A stretch of 64,000 nt of DNA from Candidatus Latescibacterota bacterium (GTDB lineage Bacteria; Latescibacterota; UBA2968): assembly GCA_965205975.1 (NCBI GenBank), contig OZ242195.1, forward strand, positions 1,856,001 through 1,920,000. The letters run 5' to 3'. A program made the translations under genes and the position numbers. The notes beneath the pieces were generated by a model, which had not been told where the DNA came from, ran no database searches, and saw only the letters and a program-made list of their open reading frames with translations. Shown here in pieces: positions 1 to 8,612 of the stretch; within the stretch, counting starts at the first letter, position 1, and each line of letters starts with the position of its first letter.

Positions 1-2
1 AT

Positions 3-1211
3 GTTGAACGAGATCAACCGTTCTTCTGTTATCTCCCCTACAATATCCCACACACCCCATTTCAGGTACCCGACGAGTTTTACGAGCCTTTCCGCGACAA
101 ACCGATTGAGATGCGGGCGACCAACCCCGACCAGGAAGAAATAGTGCGCACGCGGGCGGCACTGGCTCTCTGTGAAAACATCGATTGGAACGTGGGACGC
201 TTACTGGACAAACTCGACGAGTTGAGAATCGCGGAAGACACCATTGTATTTTATTTTGGAGACAATGGGCCCAATGGCGCGCGCTGGAATGGCGGGATGA
301 AAGGCACAAAAGGATCAACAGATGAAGGCGGCGTGCGCGTGGCGGGCTTGATGCGCTGGAAGGGGCATATTCAAGCGGGTACAGTCATTGAAGAAATCGC
401 CGGAGCAATTGATCTATTGCCCACATTTGCAGACCTTGCGGGTATCGACCTGAAAGTTGAAAAACCCCTGGATGGCCGCAGCCTCAAACCCCTGCTATTG
501 GGCGAAGATGTCGAATGGTCTGACCGCATCATTCTATCACACCAGCGGGCACAATTGAGCGCGCGCAATCAGCGCTTCCGATTGGACATAGAGGGCAAGT
601 TATACGATATGGTCGCCGACGGTGGACAGACAACCGATGTGTCAAAAGAACACCCCGATGTCCACGCGGAATTGTCAGATGCCGTAGCAAAATATCACGC
701 TGAAGTCTTGCCCGTCAACGACGACCGTCCCTTTGCCACGGGCTACTGGAAAACGACCCGCTTGCCCGCGCGAGACGGAGTGCATCACGGCACAGTCCAG
801 CGCAGTGCAGGTGCGCCCAACTGTTCTTATTTCACGCACTGGACCCAGGTAGGCGATCGGATGACCTGGGATATTGAAGTCGGCACAACGGGCGACTATG
901 AAGCAGCGATTTATTATACATGCCCGGAAGAAGATGTGGGATCAACCGTCGAACTGGCATTTCATCCCACGCATGGCCAGGCAACAAAAGTGCAAGGACA
1001 GGTGACCGACGCACACGACCCACCACAAATCGGCGCAGCAGATGACCGCTATCCTCGCGGAGGCGAGTCCTATGTGAAGGATTTCGAGCCATTGACATTG
1101 GGAACAATTCATCTAAACGAGGGCAGAGGAACCTTGACCTTGCACGCCCTTGACGTACCCCATTCACAGGTGATGGACGTGCGACGCGTGATGCTGACGT
1201 TGAAGGAATGA
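3..1211 (+). CDS. Arylsulfatase-family protein, 5' end outside the window
   Basis: The frame is open from base 3 (QPFFCYLPYNIPHTPFQ) into the ORF at 111. Sulfatase motifs: NIDWNVGRLL, FYFGDNG, KGSTDEGGVRV, DLLPTFADLAG. Confidence 0.9.
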   Translation, partial: VERDQPFFCYLPYNIPHTPFQVPDEFYEPFRDKPIEMRATNPDQEEIVRTRAALALCENIDWNVGRLLDKLDELRIAEDTIVFYFGDNGPNGARWNGGMKGTKGSTDEGGVRVAGLMRWKGHIQAGTVIEEIAGAIDLLPTFADLAGIDLKVEKPLDGRSLKPLLLGEDVEWSDRIILSHQRAQLSARNQRFRLDIEGKLYDMVADGGQTTDVSKEHPDVHAELSDAVAKYHAEVLPVNDDRPFATGYWKTTRLPARDGVHHGTVQRSAGAPNCSYFTHWTQVGDRMTWDIEVGTTGDYEAAIYYTCPEEDVGSTVELAFHPTHGQATKVQGQVTDAHDPPQIGAADDRYPRGGESYVKDFEPLTLGTIHLNEGRGTLTLHALDVPHSQVMDVRRVMLTLKE

Positions 1212-1213
1212 GG

Positions 1214-1316
1214 ATCCGCAGATTACGCAGATGGGCGCAGATGAAGGCGGATCAGGATTTTCAGGATGGGAGGATGAACAGGATGAAAGGCGGGAGATGT
1301 CCGCAGATGGCGGAGA
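1214..1316 (+). repeat. GCAGAT repeat cluster plus CAGGAT repeats
   Basis: atccgcagat-tacgcagat-gggcgcagat (1214-1242), then tcaggattttcaggatgggaggatgaacaggatgaa (1252-1287), then gtccgcagat (1299-1308), all right after the sulfatase stop. Confidence 0.85.
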
Positions 1317-1498
1317 AAAAACGCGAGTGAGTGGTTTACTACTGCGACAGCAGTTCATTTGAACAGAACGCCAATTTGCGGCTAAATGAAGAATTTCCCT
1401 TGACAGACAGAGTGAAATCTTTTTCTTTATTCTGCGAGAAAGTCTTTCATGTAATATTTTTACTCAGACCAGCAACTCTTATATTTATACCAGTTATT

Positions 1499-2083
1499 AT
1501 GAAATATAAACTCAAAGACATCGCCCTCGTTCAGATGGGTCTCTCCTTCCGGGCCCGAATCGAACCGGATGCAGATGGAAATGTGGCAGTCATTCAGATG
1601 CGCGACCTAACCGAAGATAACAAGTTAGATCATAGCAATCTGACTACCATTAATATAAACGACATAAATGAACGCCATCTGGTCGAATGCAAAGATTTGG
1701 TTTTCCGCTCTCGAGGTAGAACGACTACTGCCGCAATCATCGACCAGGAACTAGGCCAAGCAGTTGTTGCAGCCCCGCTGTTTCTCATTCGGGCTATAAG
1801 CGAAAAAGTACTGCCAGAATATCTATACTGGTTTATCAACCTGCCCTCATCTCAGGCATTTCTGCACAGCAGGGCGACCGGAACGATGATGATTATGATA
1901 GGCAAATCGGCTCTCGATGCTTTGGAAATCCCTCTCCCCAATCTGGAAACTCAGAAGCAAATCGTCGCCCTCGCCGATTTGTTAAATAGGGAACAAAGGC
2001 TGATGAGAGAATTGACAGAGCAAAAGGAAAAACTGGTCAAAGCAATTCAGATGCGATTGGCAATAGAATCTGAAAAACCTTAA
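1499..2083 (+). CDS. Half-size HsdS-like protein (single TRD plus conserved helix), 194 aa
   Basis: MKYKLKDIA start, LPEYLYWFIN and the HsdS conserved-region motif IPLPNLETQKQIV; directly upstream of hsdM. ATG 1499 preferred over the longer ORF call at 1331. Confidence 0.8.
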   Translation: MKYKLKDIALVQMGLSFRARIEPDADGNVAVIQMRDLTEDNKLDHSNLTTININDINERHLVECKDLVFRSRGRTTTAAIIDQELGQAVVAAPLFLIRAISEKVLPEYLYWFINLPSSQAFLHSRATGTMMIMIGKSALDALEIPLPNLETQKQIVALADLLNREQRLMRELTEQKEKLVKAIQMRLAIESEKP

Positions 2084-2105
2084 ATCAACAGGAGTAAAAC
2101 AAAAT

Positions 2106-3617
2106 ATGAATAATCAAATCCAACAAAAAGACATCAACAATGCTGCCTGGGCTGCCTGCGACACCTTTCGCGGCGTGATGGATGCCGCCGGATATAAGGA
2201 CTACATCCTCGTAATGCTGTTTCTAAAATACATTTCCGATGTCTGGCAAAACCACTACGCGGAATACAAAAAACGATACGGCGACAACGATGAACGCATC
2301 CGACGCAGGCTGCAGAATGAGCGTTTTGTATTGCCGGATGGCAGCAGCTTTTACAGCCTTTATGAACAGCGCTCTGCTGCCAATATCGGCGAACTCATCA
2401 ACATCGCACTGGAGGCGATTGAAACGGAAAACAAACAGAAATTGGAAGGCGTTTTCCGCAATATAGATTTCAACAGCGAGACAAATCTCGGCAGAACCAG
2501 AGACCGCAACCGTCGCCTGAAAACACTGCTGGAAGATTTCAACAAACCCGAATTAAATATGAGTCCCAGACGGGTTTCAGAGGACGTGATTGGCAACACG
2601 TACATCTATTTGATTGAACGTTTCGCATCTGACGCGGGCAAAAAAGCCGGTGAATTCTACACGCCGCATAAGGTATCCGAACTGGTGGCAAAACTGTGCG
2701 CGCCCAAACCCGGTGCCCGCATCTGTGATCCGGCCTGTGGGTCTGCGGGTCTTCTCATTGAAGCCGCGCGCGTGGTAGGCGACAAAAACTACGCCCTTTA
2801 CGGAATGGAAGTGAACGGCAGCACCTGGGCATTGGCGCGTATGAATATGTTTCTACACGGAGCCGACGCAGCCCGCATCGAATGGTGCAATACACTCACT
2901 GCCCCCGCACTGGTAGAATCCGACCGACTGATGAAATTCAGCAATGTGGTCGCCAATCCCCCATTTTCACTCAATAAGTGGGGCGCGGAAGACGCCGAGG
3001 CAGACATATACAACCGCTTCTGGCGCAGTTTGCCTCCCAAATCCAAGGGCGACTATGCGTTTATCAGCCACATGGTAGAAACAGCTTTGGAAAAACAGGG
3101 ACGGGTTGCTGTGGTAGTCCCACACGGCGTTTTGTTCAGGGGCGGTGCAGAAGGACGCATTCGCCAGCAACTCATCGAAGAAAACTTGCTCGACGCCGTT
3201 ATTGGCTTGCCGGGCAATCTATTCCCCACGACTTCAATACCAGTCGCCATTCTGGTCTTTGACCGCTCGCGCGAACAAGGGGGGGCGAATGAGAACTGCA
3301 AAGATGTCTTGTTTATTGATGCAAGCCGGGAATATCAGGCAGGCAAGAATCAAAATGCATTGCTGGACGAACATATTGAGAAAATCACTACCACTTATAA
3401 AAAACGCCATGATATGGACAAATACGCCCACCTCGCCACCTTTGAAGAAATTGAAGAAAATGACTTCAATTTGAACATTCCGCGTTATGTAGATACCTTT
3501 GAAGAAGAAGAGGAGATTGATATTGATGCGGTGCAACTTGAGATAGACCGGCTGGAAGAGGAGTTGAGCGTGGTGCGAGGAGAGATGGGGAGATTGATGC
3601 AAGGTATCCGCAGATGA
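2106..3617 (+). CDS. hsdM: Type I RM methyltransferase subunit M (m6A)
   Basis: GEFYTP, motif I DPACGSAG, motif IV NPPF, HGVLFRG, FNLNIPRYV. The stop codon lies inside a GCAGAT repeat. Confidence 0.97.
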   Translation: MNNQIQQKDINNAAWAACDTFRGVMDAAGYKDYILVMLFLKYISDVWQNHYAEYKKRYGDNDERIRRRLQNERFVLPDGSSFYSLYEQRSAANIGELINIALEAIETENKQKLEGVFRNIDFNSETNLGRTRDRNRRLKTLLEDFNKPELNMSPRRVSEDVIGNTYIYLIERFASDAGKKAGEFYTPHKVSELVAKLCAPKPGARICDPACGSAGLLIEAARVVGDKNYALYGMEVNGSTWALARMNMFLHGADAARIEWCNTLTAPALVESDRLMKFSNVVANPPFSLNKWGAEDAEADIYNRFWRSLPPKSKGDYAFISHMVETALEKQGRVAVVVPHGVLFRGGAEGRIRQQLIEENLLDAVIGLPGNLFPTTSIPVAILVFDRSREQGGANENCKDVLFIDASREYQAGKNQNALLDEHIEKITTTYKKRHDMDKYAHLATFEEIEENDFNLNIPRYVDTFEEEEEIDIDAVQLEIDRLEEELSVVRGEMGRLMQGIRR

Positions 3618-3635
3618 ACGCAGATAGGCGCAGAT
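3606..3635 (+). repeat. GCAGAT decamer triplet
   Basis: atccgcagat-gaacgcagat-aggcgcagat, overlapping the hsdM stop. Confidence 0.9.
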
Positions 3636-3637
3636 GA

Positions 3638-3706
3638 TTTGAAAGCGGTAAGTTAGAGGAGGAGTCAGTTATTTCCATTTTGGAAACAACTGCCCAAGAT
3701 GGCAAA
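3638..3706 (+). pseudogene. Relic fragment of a second RhuM-family gene
   Basis: Translates FESGKLEEESVISILETTAQDGK, 12/23 identical to FDSSELQRDSVIRKFRTTAADGK of the intact gene (3933-4001). No start codon. Confidence 0.7.
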
Positions 3707-3735
3707 ATCAAAAGGGATCCGCAGATGAAAGGACA
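3701..3735 (+). repeat. GCAGAT repeat copy carrying an RBS
   Basis: ggcaaaatcaaaagggatccgcagatgaaaggaca. 3701-3727 matches 5181-5207 at 25/27, and 3717-3735 is identical to 5267-5285. Confidence 0.9.
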
Positions 3736-3740
3736 AAAAC

Positions 3741-4802
3741 ATGAGCAAGAAATCCTCAAAAGATTTGACGATCCGCAGCAGCACAGCGGAATTTCTGATC
3801 TTCACCCGTCAATCTGGCGAAGGTGGCATTGAGGTTCGCTATGAGGATGAGACCATCTGGCTGACGCAGAAGCTGATGGCGGAGTTGTTTGAAGTTACCA
3901 CCCCAACGATTAACGAACATCTGAAAAACATCTTTGACTCCAGCGAATTACAGCGCGATTCAGTTATTCGGAAATTCCGAACAACTGCCGCCGATGGAAA
4001 AAACTACAATACCCAGTTTTACAATCTGGACGCCATCATCTCGGTCGGTTATCGGGTAAACTCCAGGCGCGCCACGCAATTTCGCCAATGGGCAACCCAG
4101 GTCTTGCGCGATTTTGCGATCAAAGGCTATGTTCTGGATAAGCAACGGTTGGAAAATGGCGCGTTTCTCGGCGAGGATTATTTTGAGCGGTTGTTGGAAG
4201 AAATCCGCGAGATTCGTCTAAGCGAACGGCGGTTTTACCAAAAGATCACCGATATTTACGCCACCAGCATGGATTATAACAGGGATGCGCCGACCACCCG
4301 CGAGTTTTTCGCCAGAGTGCAAAACAAACTGCATTATGCTATTCACGGCCATACCGCAGCGGAATTGATCCGACAGCGGGCAGATCAAAAAAAGAAAAAC
4401 ATGGGATTGACCAGTTGGGAAAACAGTCCCAGAGGCAAAATCCTGAAGTCTGATGTGTCTGTTGCAAAGAACTACCTGTCGAAAGAAGAACTGGAATCTC
4501 TCGGGCGTATCGTCAACGCCTATATTGACCTCGCCGAAGACCGGGCACAGCGCAAGATTCCCATGACAATGGAGGACTGGGCAAAACGGCTCGATATATT
4601 TCTCGAGGCTTTTGACCGGCAGATATTGAAAGACAGCGGACAAGTCAGTGCCGAGATTGCCAGAGCCCATGCCGAAAGCGAGTTTGAGAAATACCGAATT
4701 GTTCAGGATCGTTTGTTTGAATCTGATTTTGATAGAGAAACTAAAGAATTAGAACGACAACTGGGTCGGAAAGACGAGGGTTCTGCGAATATCTGCGGAT
4801 AA
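3741..4802 (+). CDS. RhuM-family (Virulence_RhuM) protein
   Basis: TIWLTQKLMAELF, YNLDAIISVGYRVNSRRATQFRQWAT, IREIRLSERRFYQKITDIYA, AKNYL. Confidence 0.9.
   Translation: MSKKSSKDLTIRSSTAEFLIFTRQSGEGGIEVRYEDETIWLTQKLMAELFEVTTPTINEHLKNIFDSSELQRDSVIRKFRTTAADGKNYNTQFYNLDAIISVGYRVNSRRATQFRQWATQVLRDFAIKGYVLDKQRLENGAFLGEDYFERLLEEIREIRLSERRFYQKITDIYATSMDYNRDAPTTREFFARVQNKLHYAIHGHTAAELIRQRADQKKKNMGLTSWENSPRGKILKSDVSVAKNYLSKEELESLGRIVNAYIDLAEDRAQRKIPMTMEDWAKRLDIFLEAFDRQILKDSGQVSAEIARAHAESEFEKYRIVQDRLFESDFDRETKELERQLGRKDEGSANICG
4782..4802 (-). repeat. Inverted GCAGAT repeat copy
   Basis: tctgcgaat-atctgcggataa on the + strand; provides the stop codon of the RhuM-family gene. Confidence 0.75.
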
Positions 4803-4853
4803 TATTGGACAAGCAAAACCTATTGGCAAAATTACAAGGAGACCGACCCTACG

Positions 4854-5228
4854 ATGAGACAGATGAGAAATTATCGCGATTATTTGATCGAAAAACTTTC
4901 TGACCGCGAGAGAGCCATCTCCTACCTTCAAACGGCATTGGAAGAGCATGAAAAAGATCCGGATAGTGCCGCGTTTTATTACGGATTCAGTGCGGCTGTT
5001 GAAGCCCAAGGCGGTGCGCGAAAATTTGCCCGAAAGACGCATAGCGATCCTCAAGATGTGGTGAATGCCCTGTCAAATAAGGACGAGACGCTGATTGCGA
5101 ACATCATCGCCCAACTGCCCGCGACGCAATGCGAGATTTCTGAAACAGAGAAATTGCAGGCGGTCAAGATAAAGCAGGAGGGCAAAATCAAAAGGTATCC
5201 ACAGATGGACGCAGATAGACGCAGATGA
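4854..5228 (+). CDS. Putative addiction-module antidote (HI1420-like), degenerate C-terminus
   Basis: The pattern YLIEKLSD..AISYLQTALEE...AAVEAQGG is typical of this family. The last residues (YPQMDADRRR*) are read from the repeat. Confidence 0.6.
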   Translation: MRQMRNYRDYLIEKLSDRERAISYLQTALEEHEKDPDSAAFYYGFSAAVEAQGGARKFARKTHSDPQDVVNALSNKDETLIANIIAQLPATQCEISETEKLQAVKIKQEGKIKRYPQMDADRRR

Positions 5229-5285
5229 AATGTAGGGGCAGTGCCTTGTGCCTGCCCGTTAGATGAATCCGCAGATGAAAGGACA
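5181..5285 (+). repeat. Composite element: GCAGAT triplet + GTAG-type REP hairpin + RBS-bearing unit
   Basis: atccacagat-ggacgcagat-agacgcagat (5197-5226), GTAGGGGCAGTGCCTTGTGCCTGCCC (5232-5257), atccgcagatgaaaggaca (5267-5285). Confidence 0.9.
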
Positions 5286-5290
5286 GAGAT

Positions 5291-5800
5291 ATGGATAAAA
5301 GACTTTTAGACAATCCTACCGAAATGGTCTGTGAGAGCAGCATCTTATATGGTCGAGAAAAGAGGCTTACCTTCGAAGATATTATCACTGGGAATGCCCC
5401 TCACTATTCAGGGCAGATGGACAATATCCCGACCTTCATCACTCGCAAGCGCGGCGATGAGGCCATAGCCTATAACTACACCAATTTAGATCCGATGTAT
5501 GGGACTATAGTCTATGGGGGACCGAGCATGCGGAAAAAGATTTCGCACAAAATTTTGAGAATCAAACCAAATCCTCAACAGATCTATTGGAAGCCAACCC
5601 TGCAGATCGAAATTGACCCCAAGGCCGACACGTCAGATGATCGTGCGAATGAACTTGTGCAGTTGGTTCAATCTTGGGTGGACGAGGGAGATGCTGACGA
5701 ACAGCGAGAAACACTCGAATACCTCATTCACGCTTTGGATGAAGATCGGCCGTCCAACCGTAAACTCTTCCCAAAGGAACTGAAAGGAAAGAGTTGGTGA
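5291..5800 (+). CDS. Hypothetical protein, probable antitoxin of the downstream PIN gene
   Basis: Acidic C-terminus VQSWVDEGDADEQRETLEYLIHALDEDRPSNRKLFP; GTGA overlap with the PIN gene. Confidence 0.6.
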   Translation: MDKRLLDNPTEMVCESSILYGREKRLTFEDIITGNAPHYSGQMDNIPTFITRKRGDEAIAYNYTNLDPMYGTIVYGGPSMRKKISHKILRIKPNPQQIYWKPTLQIEIDPKADTSDDRANELVQLVQSWVDEGDADEQRETLEYLIHALDEDRPSNRKLFPKELKGKSW

Positions 5801-6294
5801 GCCAGACCGTACTGCTCGATAGCGGCCCTCTTAGTATGATAACCCACCCAAAGAGTTCGGGAAAATCCATGCAGTTTAAAAACTGGTTTCAGCAGTTAGT
5901 AGCCAGCGGCGTGACAGTGATAGTACCAGAGATCACAGACTACGAGGTTCGACGCGAGTTGCTCAGAGCACGCAAAATCAGCAGTATTCAGCGACTTGAC
6001 GCGCTTATCACCAAGACCGAATACCTGGCGATCACAACCGAAGCCATGCGCCAGGCTGCAAAGTACTGGGCCAATGCTCGTCAGCAAGGTCAACAAACTG
6101 CAGATAATAAAGCACTTGATGTCGATATGATCCTGGCGGCGCAAGCGACAATGCTGAACCAGACTGACGTGGTTATCGCGACGACAAACGTAAAGCATCT
6201 GGCCCCATTCACTCAGGCGCTGCTCTGGTCCGATATTAGTCCGGAGATTCCGAGCAGTTCAAACGGAGATTTACAGAATGACAGTGAAAAATGA
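5797..6294 (+). CDS. PIN-domain (VapC-like) ribonuclease toxin
   Basis: VLLDSG, PEITDYEVRRELL, LDVDMILAAQA, IATTNVKHL. Confidence 0.85.
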   Translation: MSQTVLLDSGPLSMITHPKSSGKSMQFKNWFQQLVASGVTVIVPEITDYEVRRELLRARKISSIQRLDALITKTEYLAITTEAMRQAAKYWANARQQGQQTADNKALDVDMILAAQATMLNQTDVVIATTNVKHLAPFTQALLWSDISPEIPSSSNGDLQNDSEK

Positions 6295-7186
6295 ACTATT
6301 GCAGGATGGATGGCGGGAAGTGAAGTTGGAGGATGCTTGTGAAGTTATTGTCAGTCCAGTTGACAAAAAGACTGTTGATGGAGAATTGCCTGTCAGATTA
6401 TGCAATTACACAGATGTTTATTATAACAATACCATTGATTCTGAAATTGACTTTATGACTGCCACAGCCAAACCTCGAGAAATAGAAAAATTCTCGCTTT
6501 TTAAAGACGATGTAATCATTACTAAAGATTCTGAAACACCCGATGACATTGGTGTTCCTACCTATGTCAAAGAAACCATTGACAATCTGTTGTGCGGCTA
6601 TCATTTGACAATTCTTCGCCCAAAGAAACGGACGATAGGGAAATATGTTTGTTATGCCTTGACTTCTCAGAAAACAAAGTATGATTTTTATAGATTCGCT
6701 AATGGGATTACACGCTTTGGATTGACCTCTAAATCTTACAAAAAAATCAAAATCCTACTTCCACCCCTTCCCGAACAAAAAGCCATTGCGTCTTTGCTGG
6801 AAAAATGGGACACGGCCATTGAGAAAACTGAGGCACTGATAGAGGCAAAAGAGAAGCGGTTTAAATGGTTGCTGAAAACCCTCATCAGCGACCAGCAGGA
6901 TAATCCTGAATGGCAAAAGATGAAGTTAGGAGAGATTTGCACATTTGAATATGGTAAGCCGCTCAAAGAACAAGATAGAATCGGTTATCAATACCCTGTG
7001 TTTGGATCAAATGGAATTGTTGGTCGTCATAACGAGTATTTGGTAGCTGGTCCATTTATCGTGGTTGGGAGAAAAGGTTCGGCTGGTACAGTTTCATATT
7101 CAATGAGTAATGGCTTCCCTATTGATACAACATTCTACATAAATTTACAAAGTGGAGAGATTCACCTTCGGTTCTTATATTACTTA

Positions 7187-8234
7187 ACGCGATGTGTGAC
7201 TTCAAAATGTTACGAGGCCGTCAAAATCCAGCGGGTCTCTGTAATTGATGATATTTAGAAAGACACACATGGTATGGGTTAAGATTTTGGTATGCCACAA
7301 GTTTAATAGATGCCAAGCATCTCGCACTTTCATGCGCGCAATATGCAAACGTTCAGTCAATTGTGCGTAAACGGTTTCGACTAATCGCCTTGTGGTTCTC
7401 TTGGCTTTGGGCAAAATGAAAGGGGTGCGTTGTGGATTGTCTTTCATATTGGACTTTAAGGGTGTCTTTATGCGTATGCGGTAGGTATCAAAGCACCTTT
7501 TTTGCCAGTCCAAATCCATAAATGCTGAATCGGCTAAGACGGTTGTATCTCCCATCGTGCCTTCTATGAGTGCGTCTCGGCACTGCTTGTCGTGTCCATA
7601 GGCTTGCAGGATAGGCGCGTGGAGGATAAGGCCATAATCCGTGATCCTCAGACCGCCCTTAAAACCAAAATACGCTTCGTTTTTGGCTGCGCAAAAGCCT
7701 TTTGAAGGGATAGGGAACTCAAAGACGGGCTCACCTCTAAAAATCTTGCGCGTATGTCGCCTTGCCAGTTTACAGATGGGTAAGGGCAAGGTGTCTATGA
7801 TCTGACAGGACGCCTGATGCCCTTCGAGGCAGGCCACAATCCGCTGTTGCATCCACATCTTGACAACCCACAAATTGGCACATTGACGCACAAAGGCCGG
7901 ACGATCTTTCAAAGTGGGAAACCAGTCTATAAAGTGTTCTTTCATCTGCTCATAAAGTTTCTTCTGGCTTGAATACCCCAAAAAGTGACCCACGATTTCT
8001 ATGGTGAGGCATTCCACATCACTTAAACCGGGTTCAAAGCCTGCCCGACGCGGCTTGCCATGCACCTCACAATACGCTGGATAGAGGTCGTCTTCAATAA
8101 AACAGTAGATTGTAATGACAAAAAGGGCTAAATTATACATTGGAGGTTCCTTTCGTTGCATGGCTTCTTGTTTTACGGACAATCCAAGATAGCCGAGGAA
8201 CCTCTTTTTGTCTATTTAAAGTCACACATCACGT
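7187..8234 (-). mobile_element. IS982-family insertion sequence, 1048 bp
   Basis: Terminal IRs ACGCGATGTGTGACTTCAAA / ACGTGATGTGTGACTTTAAA; 9-bp direct repeat TATTACTTA at 7178-7186 and 8235-8243. Confidence 0.95.
7202..8140 (-). CDS. IS982-family DDE transposase
   Basis: LSDVECLTI, IIDTLPLPIC, YFGFK, VLADSAF, RRLVETVYAQL. Confidence 0.92.
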   Translation of the reverse strand: MYNLALFVITIYCFIEDDLYPAYCEVHGKPRRAGFEPGLSDVECLTIEIVGHFLGYSSQKKLYEQMKEHFIDWFPTLKDRPAFVRQCANLWVVKMWMQQRIVACLEGHQASCQIIDTLPLPICKLARRHTRKIFRGEPVFEFPIPSKGFCAAKNEAYFGFKGGLRITDYGLILHAPILQAYGHDKQCRDALIEGTMGDTTVLADSAFMDLDWQKRCFDTYRIRIKTPLKSNMKDNPQRTPFILPKAKRTTRRLVETVYAQLTERLHIARMKVRDAWHLLNLWHTKILTHTMCVFLNIINYRDPLDFDGLVTF

Positions 8235-8511
8235 TATTACTTATTATTGCATGTAGAACTTGATAGAATTAGTGCTCAGTCTGGTGTGCCGGGTCTAAAC
8301 AGAAATGATGCGTATAAAATTTCAATATCAATACCGTCTTCTGTCGAGCAAAAAGGAATCACTCGAACACTAGACGCAGGAAACCGTGAAATTGATCTAC
8401 TCAACCAACTCGCCGAGAAATACCGCACACAAAAACGCGGATTGATGCAGAAGTTGCTGACGGGAAAGTGGAGGGTAAAACCAAACACGAAGGCGAGGAT
8501 GTGAATTTTAT

Positions 8512-8577
8512 AAAAAAAGGAGCGACCAGCCTCAAATGAGGAGGATTACTGAAAAGGAGCAATCCTCACTGGTCACT
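8512..8577 (-). ncRNA. Candidate 66-nt structured small RNA
   Basis: Nested stems AGUGACCAG/CUGGUCGCU and GAGGAUUGCU/AGUAAUCCUC, a U7 tail, and an upstream TTGACA-N17-CATGAT promoter. The two G-U pairs form only on the minus strand. Confidence 0.6.
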
Positions 8578-8583
8578 AATATG

Positions 8584-8612
8584 ATCATGTGCCATTATGC
8601 TGCATTTGTCAA
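8584..8612 (-). promoter_or_regulatory. Sigma70-type promoter for the candidate sRNA
   Basis: TTGACA (8612-8607), 17-nt spacer, CATGAT (8589-8584); the predicted +1 at 8577 is the first base of the outer stem. Confidence 0.6.

Larger units (their letters stand above)
6278..8504 (+). pseudogene. hsdS: Type I RM specificity subunit interrupted by an IS982-family element
   Basis: Removing the IS and one target duplication joins 6278-7186 to 8244-8504 in frame (389 aa). Motifs: GWREVKLED, LPPLPEQKAIA, KRGLMQKLLTGKW. Confidence 0.93.

Noticed and set aside
1331..1498. N-terminal extension of the half-HsdS ORF from GTG 1331
   Set aside because: AT-rich, promoter-like sequence (TTGACA at 1400); HsdS-like sequence starts at ATG 1499.
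1214..5285. GCAGAT repeats as a CRISPR array
   Set aside because: Units are about 10 bp and degenerate, there are no regular spacers, and no cas genes are present.
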